Assembly (NCBI GenBank): GCA_951406725.2 | Contig: OX597818.1 | Location: forward strand, 7,006,001-7,070,000 | From: Octopus vulgaris | Lineage: Eukaryota | DNA length: 64,000 nucleotides | Direction of reading: 5' to 3' | Shown here: positions 1-12,056 of the stretch, in pieces | Layout: every line of letters begins with the position of its first letter | Numbering within the stretch: the first letter of the stretch is position 1 | The notes under the pieces: generated by a model | Told to the model about the DNA's origin: nothing | The model's input: only the letters and a program-made list of their open reading frames with translations | Database searches by the model: none | Position numbers and translations under genes: made by a program

Positions 1-388
1 ACGGGTGTCACTGCCTGCTTATTCAACACGCCAACACTCGCCACCTCGTCGCTAATTTAACCACAGCTGCTATTCAACTGATCGACTGGGTAGCACCCAT
101 GCATTTTCCAGTTATAACGCATTTTCGATTATTGCTTTTTTCGATTTCCCTCCAAATATCTGCTGGGCGTTTTGCTTTTGAAACCCATACGAAGTGAAAC
201 TGAAATCACGGCTGAAAAATCATTCTAGTCAAGACCAGTGATTTCTCATCAAAGCACTAGCAAAGTATTGGAAAGTTGGAAAGATGGCGTGAATAATGAA
301 GGAGAATGTGTTAACCGAATCGTTAAAATTAATTAAAAATAATGATTAAAATAAATGGAAGAAAGAATTTGTCTGGGAAGCTCATATA
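1..388 (+). mobile_element. Decayed mariner transposase C-terminal remnant plus right end
   Basis: Frame-broken matches to HDNARPH (caacacgccaacactcgccac), HPPYSPDLAPSDY.LF (cacccatgc...gattattgctttttt) and the C-terminal W..VNNEGE (tggaaagatggcgtgaataatgaaggagaa); ends at a (TA)n tract. Confidence 0.55.
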
Positions 389-419
389 TACATATACATA
401 CATACATATACAGATAGAA

Positions 420-473
<54 letters not shown>

Positions 474-522
474 TTATATAAACACACACACATATATCTA
501 CACATATATATATATATATATG

Positions 523-589
<67 letters not shown>

Positions 590-623
590 ATATAAACATA
601 CACACATATATATACACACACAC

Positions 624-681
<58 letters not shown>

Positions 682-690
682 GCATATATG
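385..690. repeat. Compound (TA)n/(CA)n/(TG)n microsatellite, representative of many similar tracts in the window
   Basis: Directly visible; produces the YI/HT/CV-repeat ORFs. Confidence 0.95.
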
Positions 691-850
691 GCTTCAGGAC
701 GTCACCAACTGCGCAAACAACATGAAATAGGTAAACAAACGTGTTAAATACGTAAACAACGAGAGTGAAAATGGAAAACATTTGTAAACATAGAGAAAGA
801 ACCCTTCACCAGTTGTCGGCTGTCTATCTACTCCTCATTTCGAGCATCCA
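681..850 (-). repeat. Dispersed repeat, homologous to 9838-10008 (+); contains hammerhead-like core words
   Basis: Both copies share atgctcgaaat..gagtag..gacaactg(a/g)tgaaggg and ttggtgacgtcctg..ccatatatgca. Confidence 0.7.
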
Positions 851-988
851 TATATATATACCTATAAACATACATATATATGTATATACATGTATGTATA
901 TGTATATACATACATATATATGTATGTATATATATATACATACATATATATATATATATTGTATGTATATGTATAAGTATATATGCAT

Positions 989-1023
<35 letters not shown>

Positions 1024-2629
1024 CATAATTAAATATATAAGAATCTAAAATTTAATATATATACACACACACGCACACACACATACATTGCTTTTTTATG
1101 TATGCGTTGTATTTATAAGTTTACGTGTAATTCTTATTTTCTTCCTTTTATTCTCATATTATCAGTTGTGCTATTGTCGATATTGTTGTCAACTATTGAT
1201 TCTGTAAGAATATTAGATTAAACCTGACAAGAAATTATGTTGACGAGAAATTAAACTCTACATGGCAAACACAAAAGTAACGTTACTGATCAGCTTTTAT
1301 TAACTGTGTTAAACGTTAAATTATTTTTCTTCGGAAATTACGTGTTTTTTTCCTTTTTTTTTCCTTTTTCTTCAATTGTAACGAAAATAATACAAACATA
1401 TTGGAATATCAAAAGTTATGTTTACGAAATAACTGTTGTACATCCTACCACATCCCTTGTGTTTTAACGAGGTCATAATTCAATTACACATTGTTAATTT
1501 TATTGAATTTCCAACAAGCTAATCCCGACCATCTGTCAACCAACCACTAATCAATCGAATAGAAATATCAAGAACAATTATTGCTTTCTTATTGTTTTTC
1601 CATTATCTTATCATGAGGGACTGAACATGAAATTAATTTCTGTCTTCTTTGGAAAACTTTTAAACAAACGTCATTTTGTTAAAGTTTCTGTCCATATTTT
1701 GGTACACAGAATGCTTTTCCTGAGTTACTTTGACAGTGATCGCATTCGTTAAAACAGTAAATGCATAGGTATATGTTTACTTAAAATTCCTCTGCTTTTA
1801 AAAGTAAAACTCAGTAAAACATGTATCGAAAATAGAAATTATGGAATATCGATAGAGCAAAGGTTATGAATAAGTATATATAACTGTATTGATAACTATA
1901 CGTATTAAAACGTGGTACGTAATTATTTTCCATGAGTATGCTTTCATATTCTTCTGAAATTATACATCAGGAGATGAGGTCAATATATCTATCAGCACAT
2001 TTGTATATCAGTTTATATTGTCTTTAACAAAATAGTCATTAACATTTAGGCTTTTACAGAGGGTGGTCATTGGAAATAACATCAGCAACACTGAATAATA
2101 TATTTTACTCCAGTGTCTCGTGAATACATACTAACTCCCTTTTCCAGCCTTCTTAAAGGCGAGCTCTTCAAAAGGATATGAATAAACTTTGTGTATTTAT
2201 GAGTCTTTACAATATTATTTCAAAATCAAATACCTTTAGCATAAACGCCAGTTATATGCTTTCATATTTTATCCTCGTGTTCTCGTGTGATCGAGAGCAA
2301 CCGCGGCCATATATATATATATGTATGTATGTTTGTATCTATTCTAACACTTCTAGCTGTTCTAATAAATCTAGTACTGTATTAATCAAATAGGTATTCT
2401 TCTATAAAAGTTAGGATGAAAGTACGGGAATATTCGGCTGTTATTCCAACAATTGATATACTTCCCTCATTAATCCTAGTTCACATTTTATTCTCTTTTA
2501 CTTTTAAGCCTGGTATTATTTTGTTGTTGCCTTATGCCGAACCGATAGTTTAAAGGTACATAAAGAAATCAACACCAGTTTTCAAGCAGAGTTGGGGGTC
2601 AAACACAAAGACACACGAACACAATCATC

Positions 2630-3020
2630 AAACGCATGTACTGGTAGCCTTTCTTCCACGAGAATCCATCCACTGCAACATCTACGGATAAGTTTGGCTT
2701 CCAATCCCGAAAGTGCTTCCCACGTATGAAGGACCTTGAGAACTTCAAGACTGACCTATGAAACATTGTAAAGAAGGTAAAGTTTTGGCATTATTCTAAC
2801 TCCTTTCTGAAATCCTTAAATGACTATGTGACCAGTATTAAGCAATCACTCGAACTAAACACCCTCGCAGATGTAGCAAAGAACATTTACGAAATAAACA
2901 CTTCAACACACTCAAGATTTCTTACAACCGCCATCACCAAAACATACAAGAAGACCCATAATCCCACACAAAATGACATAACTACAAAAGCAAAGGAGCT
3001 AGCTACCCACATTAATAGAG
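2630..3020 (+). pseudogene. Decayed N-terminal fragment of a PLE ORF, same group as 61217-63904
   Basis: FFHEN and DLENFKTDL*NIVKKVKF...LADVAKNIY...ITKTYKKT align with FFHEN...LKKFEDDLWDIVRKIKF...SDKTRNTY...IKKNYRKT of the 895-aa ORF. Confidence 0.8.
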
Positions 3021-3359
3021 AGAATCACGTGCACAGTATCCGTCAACAAGAAATACGATCTATCTTATTGCTGTCACCAGAGGTATGCACTTCTGGCGAA
3101 TTTCAACCGCTTTCCCGACGACAACCCGCATATACCACGTTAATACCAGCTGCTACCAAGGTCACCATCATCAACCAGTCTCCATGAGTAGGACCACAAA
3201 TTACCAGTCCCCAACGCTTGTTATGCCCAAGTGCGCTCATACATTTACACGCACGTGAGTATACATATGCACGCGCATTCATATCCACGTTACGTGAATA
3301 TACATGAGTACATATCTGAATACGCCTGTATGTGTGTATACACATACAGGCGTATTGAG

Positions 3360-3394
<35 letters not shown>

Positions 3395-3481
3395 TAATAA
3401 TAAATATTAGGGAATAAATCCAAATTTACAGGGAAAAATCAGATTTAGGATTGAATCCAATTTTATAGTCAAATATTATAT

Positions 3482-3645
3482 TATATAAATTAGAGACAAA
3501 ACCACTATTATGCAAATCAAACAAAGAAAGACTTAAGCCAATACATAGAAATTTAACAATTATAATTGTTAAATTTCTAAATTTATATAAATTATTTTAT
3601 GTATTGGCTTAAGTCTTTCTTTGCATAATAGTAGTGTTGTCTCTA

Positions 3646-3654
<9 letters not shown>
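3482..3654. repeat. Foldback containing a perfect 34-bp palindrome (3546-3579)
   Basis: tagaaatttaacaatta|taattgttaaatttcta; outer arms gaaagacttaagccaatacata / tatgtattggcttaagtctttc and tataaattagagacaa / ttgtctctaatttata. Confidence 0.9.
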
Positions 3655-3704
<50 letters not shown>

Positions 3705-4852
3705 CATATATGTGTATAGGTGTATGTACGTGCCCACGTGTGCATGTGTACCCACCCGCGCGCATATTCGTTCATATACGTGTGTTATGAGTGTGAGTCT
3801 GTGTGGGCGTTGTGCATGCACACTCATGAACTCATACGTACATTCGCATAAATGCAGATATACACGCGATACCGTATAAGCCCGTTCACACTCAGATATA
3901 CATGTATATTCTTGTACACACCGCCTCTTTCTACTCCCCCTCCAACCACGCGATTTCCTGTCCCTCATTGGGTCGATTTCCTGTTTAATATGCAATATTT
4001 TCCAAGTAACTGTTGTCAATGATATACCACATTAAACTGCGACAACGCGTGACCTTCCTCGACCAATCACAGCCCGCCTGGCGGTAATAACAATCAACTT
4101 ATCTCCTTCAAATTCAAAATAACTGATGATTAGCATCACGCTTGAAACTCTTAGTACCAACGAATTTGGATCAAACTGTTTTTAAATATATATATATATA
4201 TATATATATATAGTAGTCCTGAAGTTATGGTAGAGAACACTTACAAAATGTTAATGCAATGTAGTTGAAACCAGAGTCATGTGGTTGGGAAGGATATTTC
4301 TTACCACACAGCCATGTCTCCGCGTACATAAGAATTGATTTAAAAAAAGAAAAGGAATTGAAGAATGGCAAAATGCATGAAAGCTTGTCCCATCTCAATT
4401 CTAATTAAATCACCAAAGTTATATTAGGAATTGAAAGTAAATAGCATATCAGTAAATAGTCTTCACTTTATTTGCATATAAATCATAGAACAGCGATCCA
4501 CTTCGTTTCGAGATGATGCAAGCACATGATATTGACAAGCCAGATAGTGGGGAAATATTGGTATCTACTATTCTCGATGATTCTGAGCTGCGTTATCTTG
4601 ACTAGTCTGTGACATTCAGGTGCTTTTCAACACTAGGCTTCGTGTAGGGAACTTTCGTAGTAAATTTGGTGTATAAACAAGGCACAAACGCTATATATTT
4701 TCGACCAATAATATTTAAGTTACGCAGCTGGGAACTTCGACAAGTATATGAGTTCTACAACCTCAGTCTCAAAACTCTTGTGGTATAACAAAATGCCAGT
4801 ATCTAATCAAAATTTTAGGCCTTTCAGTTTGAGAACATTTATAGTCGGACAT

Positions 4853-4973
4853 ATCCGATTGGTTAAACTTTTTCTCAGACAAATCCGAATGGCTAGTCGG
4901 ATTGGTTCATTCGATTGGTTAATCCGATTGGTCAATCTGATTGGTCAATCCGATTCGTTAATCCGATCGCTTA
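4853..4973. repeat. 13-bp minisatellite (ATCCGATTGGTYA), 7 tandem units plus 1 upstream unit
   Basis: Units start at 4853, 4883, 4896, 4909, 4922, 4935, 4948 and 4961. Confidence 0.9.
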
Positions 4974-5449
4974 AGTGTCAATAACTGAGGAGAGAACTTT
5001 CCGCACATGAACTTTCGAAGCTTGTATCTCAACAATCACTGAAAATTATTCCCAAATTCTAGTAGAAGAGTGCAGAAAGCGCATGCCAAGAATTTAGGCT
5101 TTGACATATCGTTCTGAGAAAACACGCAAATGCATTGATATATCTTTGATTATTATCTTTTTTTAATGACATTTGTCATTTGGCTACTTTAGAATTTCTC
5201 CGAGTCCTGATGAGCTGTGTTTTCTCTGCCCCGTTACGGGAATTTTGCAGCAGCGGCTTGTCTTCATTGATACAAATGTTAATACGTATTTGTCTCGCAA
5301 AAATTACTCTACCAAATTTCAGAAATTGAATGGTCCTTGTTGAGGCTGCGAAGCGTTAAGTGAGTCATGATTTCCGAGGTATTTGTCCAGCATAGAAAAG
5401 CTTATTCCAGAATTATACGACTTTTTGTATTCTAAACCTGACTCATCTT

Positions 5450-6250
5450 TTTGGGCTAATTTGCCAAATATTACTTGAAATCGTTTGTCCACATGGCACT
5501 CATACTATCAGGGTCTCTGATTCAACCAGTCACAACAGCATTCATTTTGTTTTGTGTGCGTAATACAGTCAGCATGATTGTTCCAGTAGGTGTTGACTAA
5601 GGTATGTGTAGACAGTTGGGGTAATACAGGTTTCAGGTATTAAGACAGATTCATTTTTAAAATAATGGTTAAAGTGTTGACATGAAAATACACCCTTTGT
5701 TCATCTCCCATTGGCGTTTGGTTGCCAACTTAGCAATGTTTCCGTGTATCACCTTGAATTTCAGCCTAGCGCACATTCTGTTGAATCGAAGTGTGTCAAA
5801 GGTTACTTTGATGTTCAAAGCTATAGGACATTCTTTCTTGTTCACCTCAAGTTTGTACAAGGCAGCAAGAAGATAGTTGGGAGATTTGCTGTCCTGTGTT
5901 ATGGACTGAAACGGAATTCCGTACTGCACACGAATTTTTAATGCAATTTAGATCCAATTTATTTCTTCACTGTAAGAGGTAAATTTAAATTTCATTTCAG
6001 ATTGTGACCAATAGAAGAGTTAAATTTATCTCGTGTAACATATTACTGCACTGCTATTATTGCACTGATATATAACTTCCAAGAGCAAGTTATAGTCCTT
6101 TGACAATGAAGGATATTCATTAATTGTAATTATTTCACCTAAACCTGGAGAAATGGCCACATGTAACGTATCTAAATATATATACAAACAATATATTTTG
6201 CATGATGCTCCATCATTTTTGTCTATTCTTTGAATGATAAGTTAGGTAAT
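5450..6250 (-). pseudogene. Decayed LINE reverse transcriptase (CR1/L2/Jockey-like)
   Basis: ORF 5669-5929: QYG..S..D..LL....IALNIKVTFDTL...LKFKVIHG resembles QFGFR..ST.D....ALDI.KAFD.V....KL...GI.G; boundaries are approximate. Confidence 0.6.
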
Positions 6251-7147
6251 GTTTTCTTGCGTGCAAAACTAGTTTCTTATCTGAAAAATAATATATTTAA
6301 AGGACAAATATTTGTGTATGTAAATACTTGTACATATGCTTAATAATTCTCGCTTAGATAAGTACACTGGACAAGATTTTGGTTATAAGCTCATAATATA
6401 ATCAAAATATTACTAAAGCTGTCGTCCGTATTTGATTTATAAATAGCAGCAAGAAGATCGTCTGAAGATTTGCCGCTGTGTTATAAACTGAAGATGAACT
6501 ACATATTGCGCACCAAGATTATTAGTGTTTACCAATAATCTTCGTGTGCAATACAGTCATTAAAGTGAGTTAAATTTTCCTAGACTACAAAAATTATTTC
6601 AAATGAATATTTATTTTTATTTGTCATAAGCTATGCTAATAGGTTAGCGTAGGTCTAATATAATAAATACGATATTTAAAAGTTTTCTTTATATGGCGGT
6701 GCCCTAGCATGGCCACAGCTCGTGAGCTGAAACTAGAATCAATCAATAGAATCAATCATATAAAATGTTGTTTCTGAAAAATCATAAAGGTAGATGTAGA
6801 TCAAAGTATATCTCACAGCTATATTAGATATGATCATGCCAGAGTTCATACATAATTCACTGCTAAATTTTATGCTTTCAATAAACTCATGAAATATAAA
6901 ATTGAAACATGGTTCAGTAATTCTGTCACGTGTGCCTAAACTACAATCACTTTTTGCTATGACTAACAACGGCAGTCCATATGTATTTAGTTAAGATGTT
7001 AATGTGTACAAGAGAAACCGATATCTATCAAGTTGGGGTACAATATCTGCAAAGATATTTTTCATTCGTGTTTCAAAAACTGGTATGGTTAAAAGACCAC
7101 CAACCTCGCCTTTCAGTGCTTTGTACACACACACACAGACACACACA

Positions 7148-7196
<49 letters not shown>

Positions 7197-8145
7197 ACAC
7201 ACACTTTCTCTCTCTCTCTCATGAAATCGATATGTTCAGTCTTATATAGTTTTATTTTCACTTCTAAATTGTAATGACTTACTGTTATATGATTTATTCA
7301 AATACGATAAAATATGCCCAAAATGTTTATATAAGACAGGGTAATTGGTACAATTCGTGAATATTATAACTTCCAACTCTCTATTTACTTAACTATGAAT
7401 AGGTATCACAAAAGATCATCATGAAGACTACTGATTGTGAATATCTGTCGTCTGATGAAATACCTTTTACTTATCATTGAGAAAGCTGAAGCGCCGTCCA
7501 AATGTCCTGTAATCACGTGTTCATGAGCGATAGTAATTTAGGTTCTAAACATTAAGCAAGCTAGCATTTCTGACGTTATATTTAAACATAACTTTGAAGA
7601 ATCTATAAAAGATTTGGCTGATCTAGCGATGAGAGGTTCAAATTGTGCTAAACACAGGTCCTCTCCCATCAATAAGATAGATGTTGTTGATGTTTGGCAT
7701 GAACATTTTTTGTAAATTAAACCATTTTCTTGGTTTACTTGCTTCAGTAAGAGCTACACAATAAGCAGAGGTATAAAAGGCTCTGGAAAAAGAAACAAAA
7801 AAACATAAAAATCACAAAATTCGTTGCACCACCGAACTATCACCATTAATAAACTATAAATCTGCTGAAATTAAATAGGTCCTCATACTGCGAAACAGAA
7901 ATCTACACAACCCATTTACAGATAATGCTGAAAATTATAACAACCTGTTTTCGAAATGTAATCTGACATATCTATAACTATGTGTATCATTATATATACA
8001 AGTATACTTTTTAAAAACTGCATTAATGAAATTAAAAGTTTACTTCTGTTTTAATGTTTCCTGAAGAATAGAATAAAAGCATATATCACAAGTAGAATCT
8101 ACAATAAACGAAAACGAGTAAACATAAGTGAACGATCCTATACAT

Positions 8146-8336
8146 GGCTGAATTGTTAGTAGACCAGACAAAACACTTTGCGGCATTTTGTCGTCTTTAC
8201 GTTCTGAGTTCAAGTTCTGCCGAAGTTGACTTTTCGGTGTCGATAAAATAAGTACCAATCATATACTGGGGTCAATGTTATCGACTAGACTCTTTCCTAA
8301 GAATTTTCAGGCCGTGTGCCTATAGTAGGAAGAATT
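8146..8336 (+). mobile_element. tRNA-derived SINE (Meta-domain type, core partly deleted)
   Basis: B-box-like gttcaagttc followed by gtcgataaaataagtacca and ggggtcaatgttatcgact. Confidence 0.8.
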
Positions 8337-9193
8337 ATATCCGTCTAGTTTATGTTAGAGTAATACTTGTTAGTCACAAAGTTTTCAAAAAATTGGAAGA
8401 ATTGCATTGCATTAAAGACCATATTCACGAAGAAAGTATTTGTGATCGGATATATGTACTTGAAAATAGAAGGAGTTGCTACATAATTCTACAGAGATTT
8501 CTAGTTACAATACGGCAGAACTTGAACTCAGAACGTAAAGACGGACAAAATACCGCAAAGTATTTTGTCTGGTCTACTAACAATTCAGCCAGCTAACCTT
8601 ATGCTAATTCTACAATTGTACATATATAGGATCATTCACTTATGTTAACTCGTTTTCGTGTATTGTAGATTCTACTTGTGATAAACTTAGATTTAGATAA
8701 TGTGATATATGCTTTTGGACGTTGAAATGATTATTAAGGACGAACCGCTTTTTCAACATTCCAAAAAATCCAGACGCCTCTCAGAAACAGCTTCTGTGAG
8801 GCGCCTAAAGTCTTTGCAAGGGCCGAAAAAGATGAACGTTGTAAAGAAGCATTTTAGATTCTAAAATAAGATTTTATCCATTTAATTGAGAATGACTCAT
8901 CTTTATCTGAGACGATAAACCAACATTTTTCGGTTAAGAAAAATAAAAGTTAGTTGTGTTCTGGGTAGTTGCCTGCTTGATTCTATTGCATAGATTAATA
9001 AGCAAGCGTTTTTAAATCTTATTTTCCAATTTACACATGTCTCGGTTTTATAAATGAAATAGGGCTGATTCTCCTTCCACTAGAAGGCCAAATGTAGCGA
9101 CTACGCTTCAGCTATTGGAAGCGAGTATTCTGGCAAGAGGTTTGTTGACACGACAAAAACCGAGAAGTTGCTCCACAACAGTGTACTGAGCTC

Positions 9194-9366
9194 GCTGGTG
9201 TGTTTACGTCCCCGTCATTTAGCGGTTCGGCAAGAGACACCGATAGAATAAGTACTAGGCTTACAAAGAATAAGTCCTGGGATAGATTTGCTCGATTAAA
9301 GGCGGTGCTCCAGTATGGCCGCAGTCAAATGACTGAAACAAATAAAAGAATAACAGATTAAAAGAA
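9194..9366 (+). mobile_element. SINE family 2, 3' part
   Basis: gtgtttacgtccccgt..ttagcggttcggcaa..gatagaataagtact..tggccgcagtcaaatgactgaaaca; recurs at 19.1, 42.0 and 60.8 kb. Confidence 0.85.
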
Positions 9367-9837
9367 TATATATATGCATAATTTAAATAGCATTATTATT
9401 ATTGTTGTTGTTGTTGTTGTTATTAAAATTATAATTTACTCCATGATCGAAATGGCAGTTATTTTTTCTTCGGGATAGGCCGTACACACACGTGGGTATA
9501 AAAGATAAATATGTATCACATTCGACTGTATATTTTTGGGAGTGCGGTTGAATATTAGTTATGCGATGATGCTTGATCGCATACATATTGAATCCTAACA
9601 CTCGCAAATTTATAACTCGGAATACCGCACTTTAAATTCGAAACGCGTCTGTGGTTAACCGAAGTGGATACATCATTTTTCTTTTTATCTGCATAAAAAA
9701 GTGTGTTAATGTATCGGAGATTTTTATGGTAGTTGAAAAGACATTAGCGTCTATTTCTAATTCACTCTCCATAAATCCTAACTTTTATTTTGGAATCTAT
9801 GGGAGCAACGGTCTTTGAAGACTCATATTGTCGTTAA

Positions 9838-10008
9838 ATGCTCGAAATAAAGAGTAGGTTGATAGTTGACAACTGATGAAGGGTCGTTCCCTGTGTTTAC
9901 TTGTCCTCTTTTCCACTTTTCTCTCGTTGTTTGCGTAATTAAGTCATTTGTTTTCCTATTTCATTTTCTTTACACAATTGGTGACGTCCTGTACCCATAT
10001 ATGCATAT
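9838..10008 (+). repeat. Dispersed repeat, homologous to 681-850 (-)
   Basis: Shared blocks listed for 681-850. Confidence 0.7.
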
Positions 10009-11559
10009 ATATATTTGTATTAATTATATTAATATTGAATTGAACGCCACGCGTCCATTTCCAAGTATATATATATATATATATATATATATGAAGAAAT
10101 TATGAACTTCGAGACAACATGAAATAATTCTGTTTTGGAATGGTGGATCTCGGACCTCGAGGCTATAAATGCTACAATATGCGTATGAAGTGAAGAAAAC
10201 CATTTTTGTTTCCTCTCAAAACGTCTGCTTATTAGATAAAAGCTGGCAGAATGAGAAATTTAGAATACGATAAAATACAAGGACGCTTTCAAGAAATGCG
10301 CACTTATACGTAATGTAAATACATATGCATGTGTGATGATGCAAGAAAGAGAGCAAATATGACCCCGGCCATGTTTTTTACTAACGATGAATCTGTATCC
10401 TCAAATATTTCATAATGTATGCCCAATCCTGATTCTCATACTCTCAGGAGTTTGGATTTGGCTTTTACATCCAGTTTCATGGATATCCAAGCCGTAGGAA
10501 AAGTTAAACTAACAAATTCAATGTACTACATCTGTTTCGGTCCTCGCCTTACTCGCCTTACTCAAACACACACACGCACATACATGGCCACATACACCAC
10601 AAACATATATAAGTACATGCATATTTATAGAAATGCGTACATATTTGTTTGTGAGTGTTTGTGTGAGTGTGTGTATGTGTGTAGGCGTGTGCGTAAGTAT
10701 TATTAGTTTTCGTAATTGTAAAAACTTGTTTAATTGGACAATCCGAAGAGGAAGTATTTCAAATGTGTAGGCAAGTTGTTCACTCCAATTTCTGAAAAAT
10801 CTGTTGAACAGATAAAATCTAAACTTTAGTTATAGAGTTTTACTCTCTTTTCCTATGGCAATCTGCATCTCACTTCCTTTCCTCTTCCTTTCTATTCTAC
10901 GTTTCGTGTTCATTCTTCCTTAGCTTCACTTCTATTCCTCGCCCTTTCTCTAGAATGTTGTAGTTGAGAGAAAACATAATAAGGAATGTATGAACAGTAG
11001 CTGTGGAGGCACTGAAATTGGTTTGGAAATAAATTTAAAATGGCGGCTAAGATAAATATAGAATTGTGGTGCATTAGCAAAGAAAAGCAAGACAATGTGT
11101 GCAATGTAATATAACTCGAGAATAAAAGCGAGAATGAGGTGCGGAAAAATCGAGATATCGATAAATAATGCAAATAAAAAAGAAGGGGCAAATTCAATTA
11201 AGCAAGAAATGCGTAATTTAATTTAATGTCTAACGTTCTGCGAGTTTACGTGACTGATCATTATTACTACGATCTTGTGAAACCGAAGAGAATTATAAGT
11301 GCAGAACATTTGAATAGACGGATATTTTAGAGCTGAGCGTCGTACACATGTTGTGCATTATAACAGATTGTATGAAGAGAAAAATTAGCCTTTATTTTTA
11401 TATTTTTGAAATTTAAAATTCATTTTCTTTCATTATTCAATAACATTTTCATGAATTGTATATTCAAAATGACAAAGCAATGAGACTAGTTTATTGAACA
11501 TTGATTTCTGCTATATTCATGCTTATGCGGAGATTCGATGTCGATGTGTTAAACTGCCA

Positions 11560-12056
11560 AACTCCCAGTTTCAAGTTAGTTCAGCATACTGCGTTTTCTG
11601 TTTTCTGTTGAAAAGGAAGTTCAACATTGCTCAGCATCTAACAAATTACCTCCAAAACGTCGTGAAGATTCCATACAAAGATGCCCGTTGTGCCCCCAGG
11701 TCAAAAGTTTGTAAGACAAGAAATTGCTGCCAGAAGTGCTATAAGCCCATCTGCTTGGAACATTCTATGCATATTTGCATCGACTGCTTTGCTCAGAGTG
11801 ATGAGGATGATTGTGCAAGCAATGAGTAAACAGCAAATATGAAAGGAGAACTCTCTCCACCCAAAAATAGTTTTAGTTTGACCTTCATTTTCAAAGAGTT
11901 CTCGTTTGTTTTTGTTTACATGTTACATAAATACATTGTATTAGAATATGTTTTTTGGTAATATGATTCCTTAAGAACACATAAAATAATAAGTACTAAA
12001 ATTAGCTAAAACTACGGTACTAATCATGAAAAATAAAGAACCGCACCACCGGAGGG
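11560..12056 (+). mobile_element. piggyBac 3' remnant (C-terminal Cys-rich domain plus right terminus)
   Basis: RCAPRSKVCKTRNCCQKCYKPICLEHSMHICIDC matches the piggyBac Cys-rich domain; terminus ...ggaggg|TTAA at 12056/12057. No left end seen. Confidence 0.75.

Noticed and set aside
5205-5260. Isolated CTGATGA words here and at about 7452
   Set aside because: No correctly placed GAAA or stem I/III pairing.
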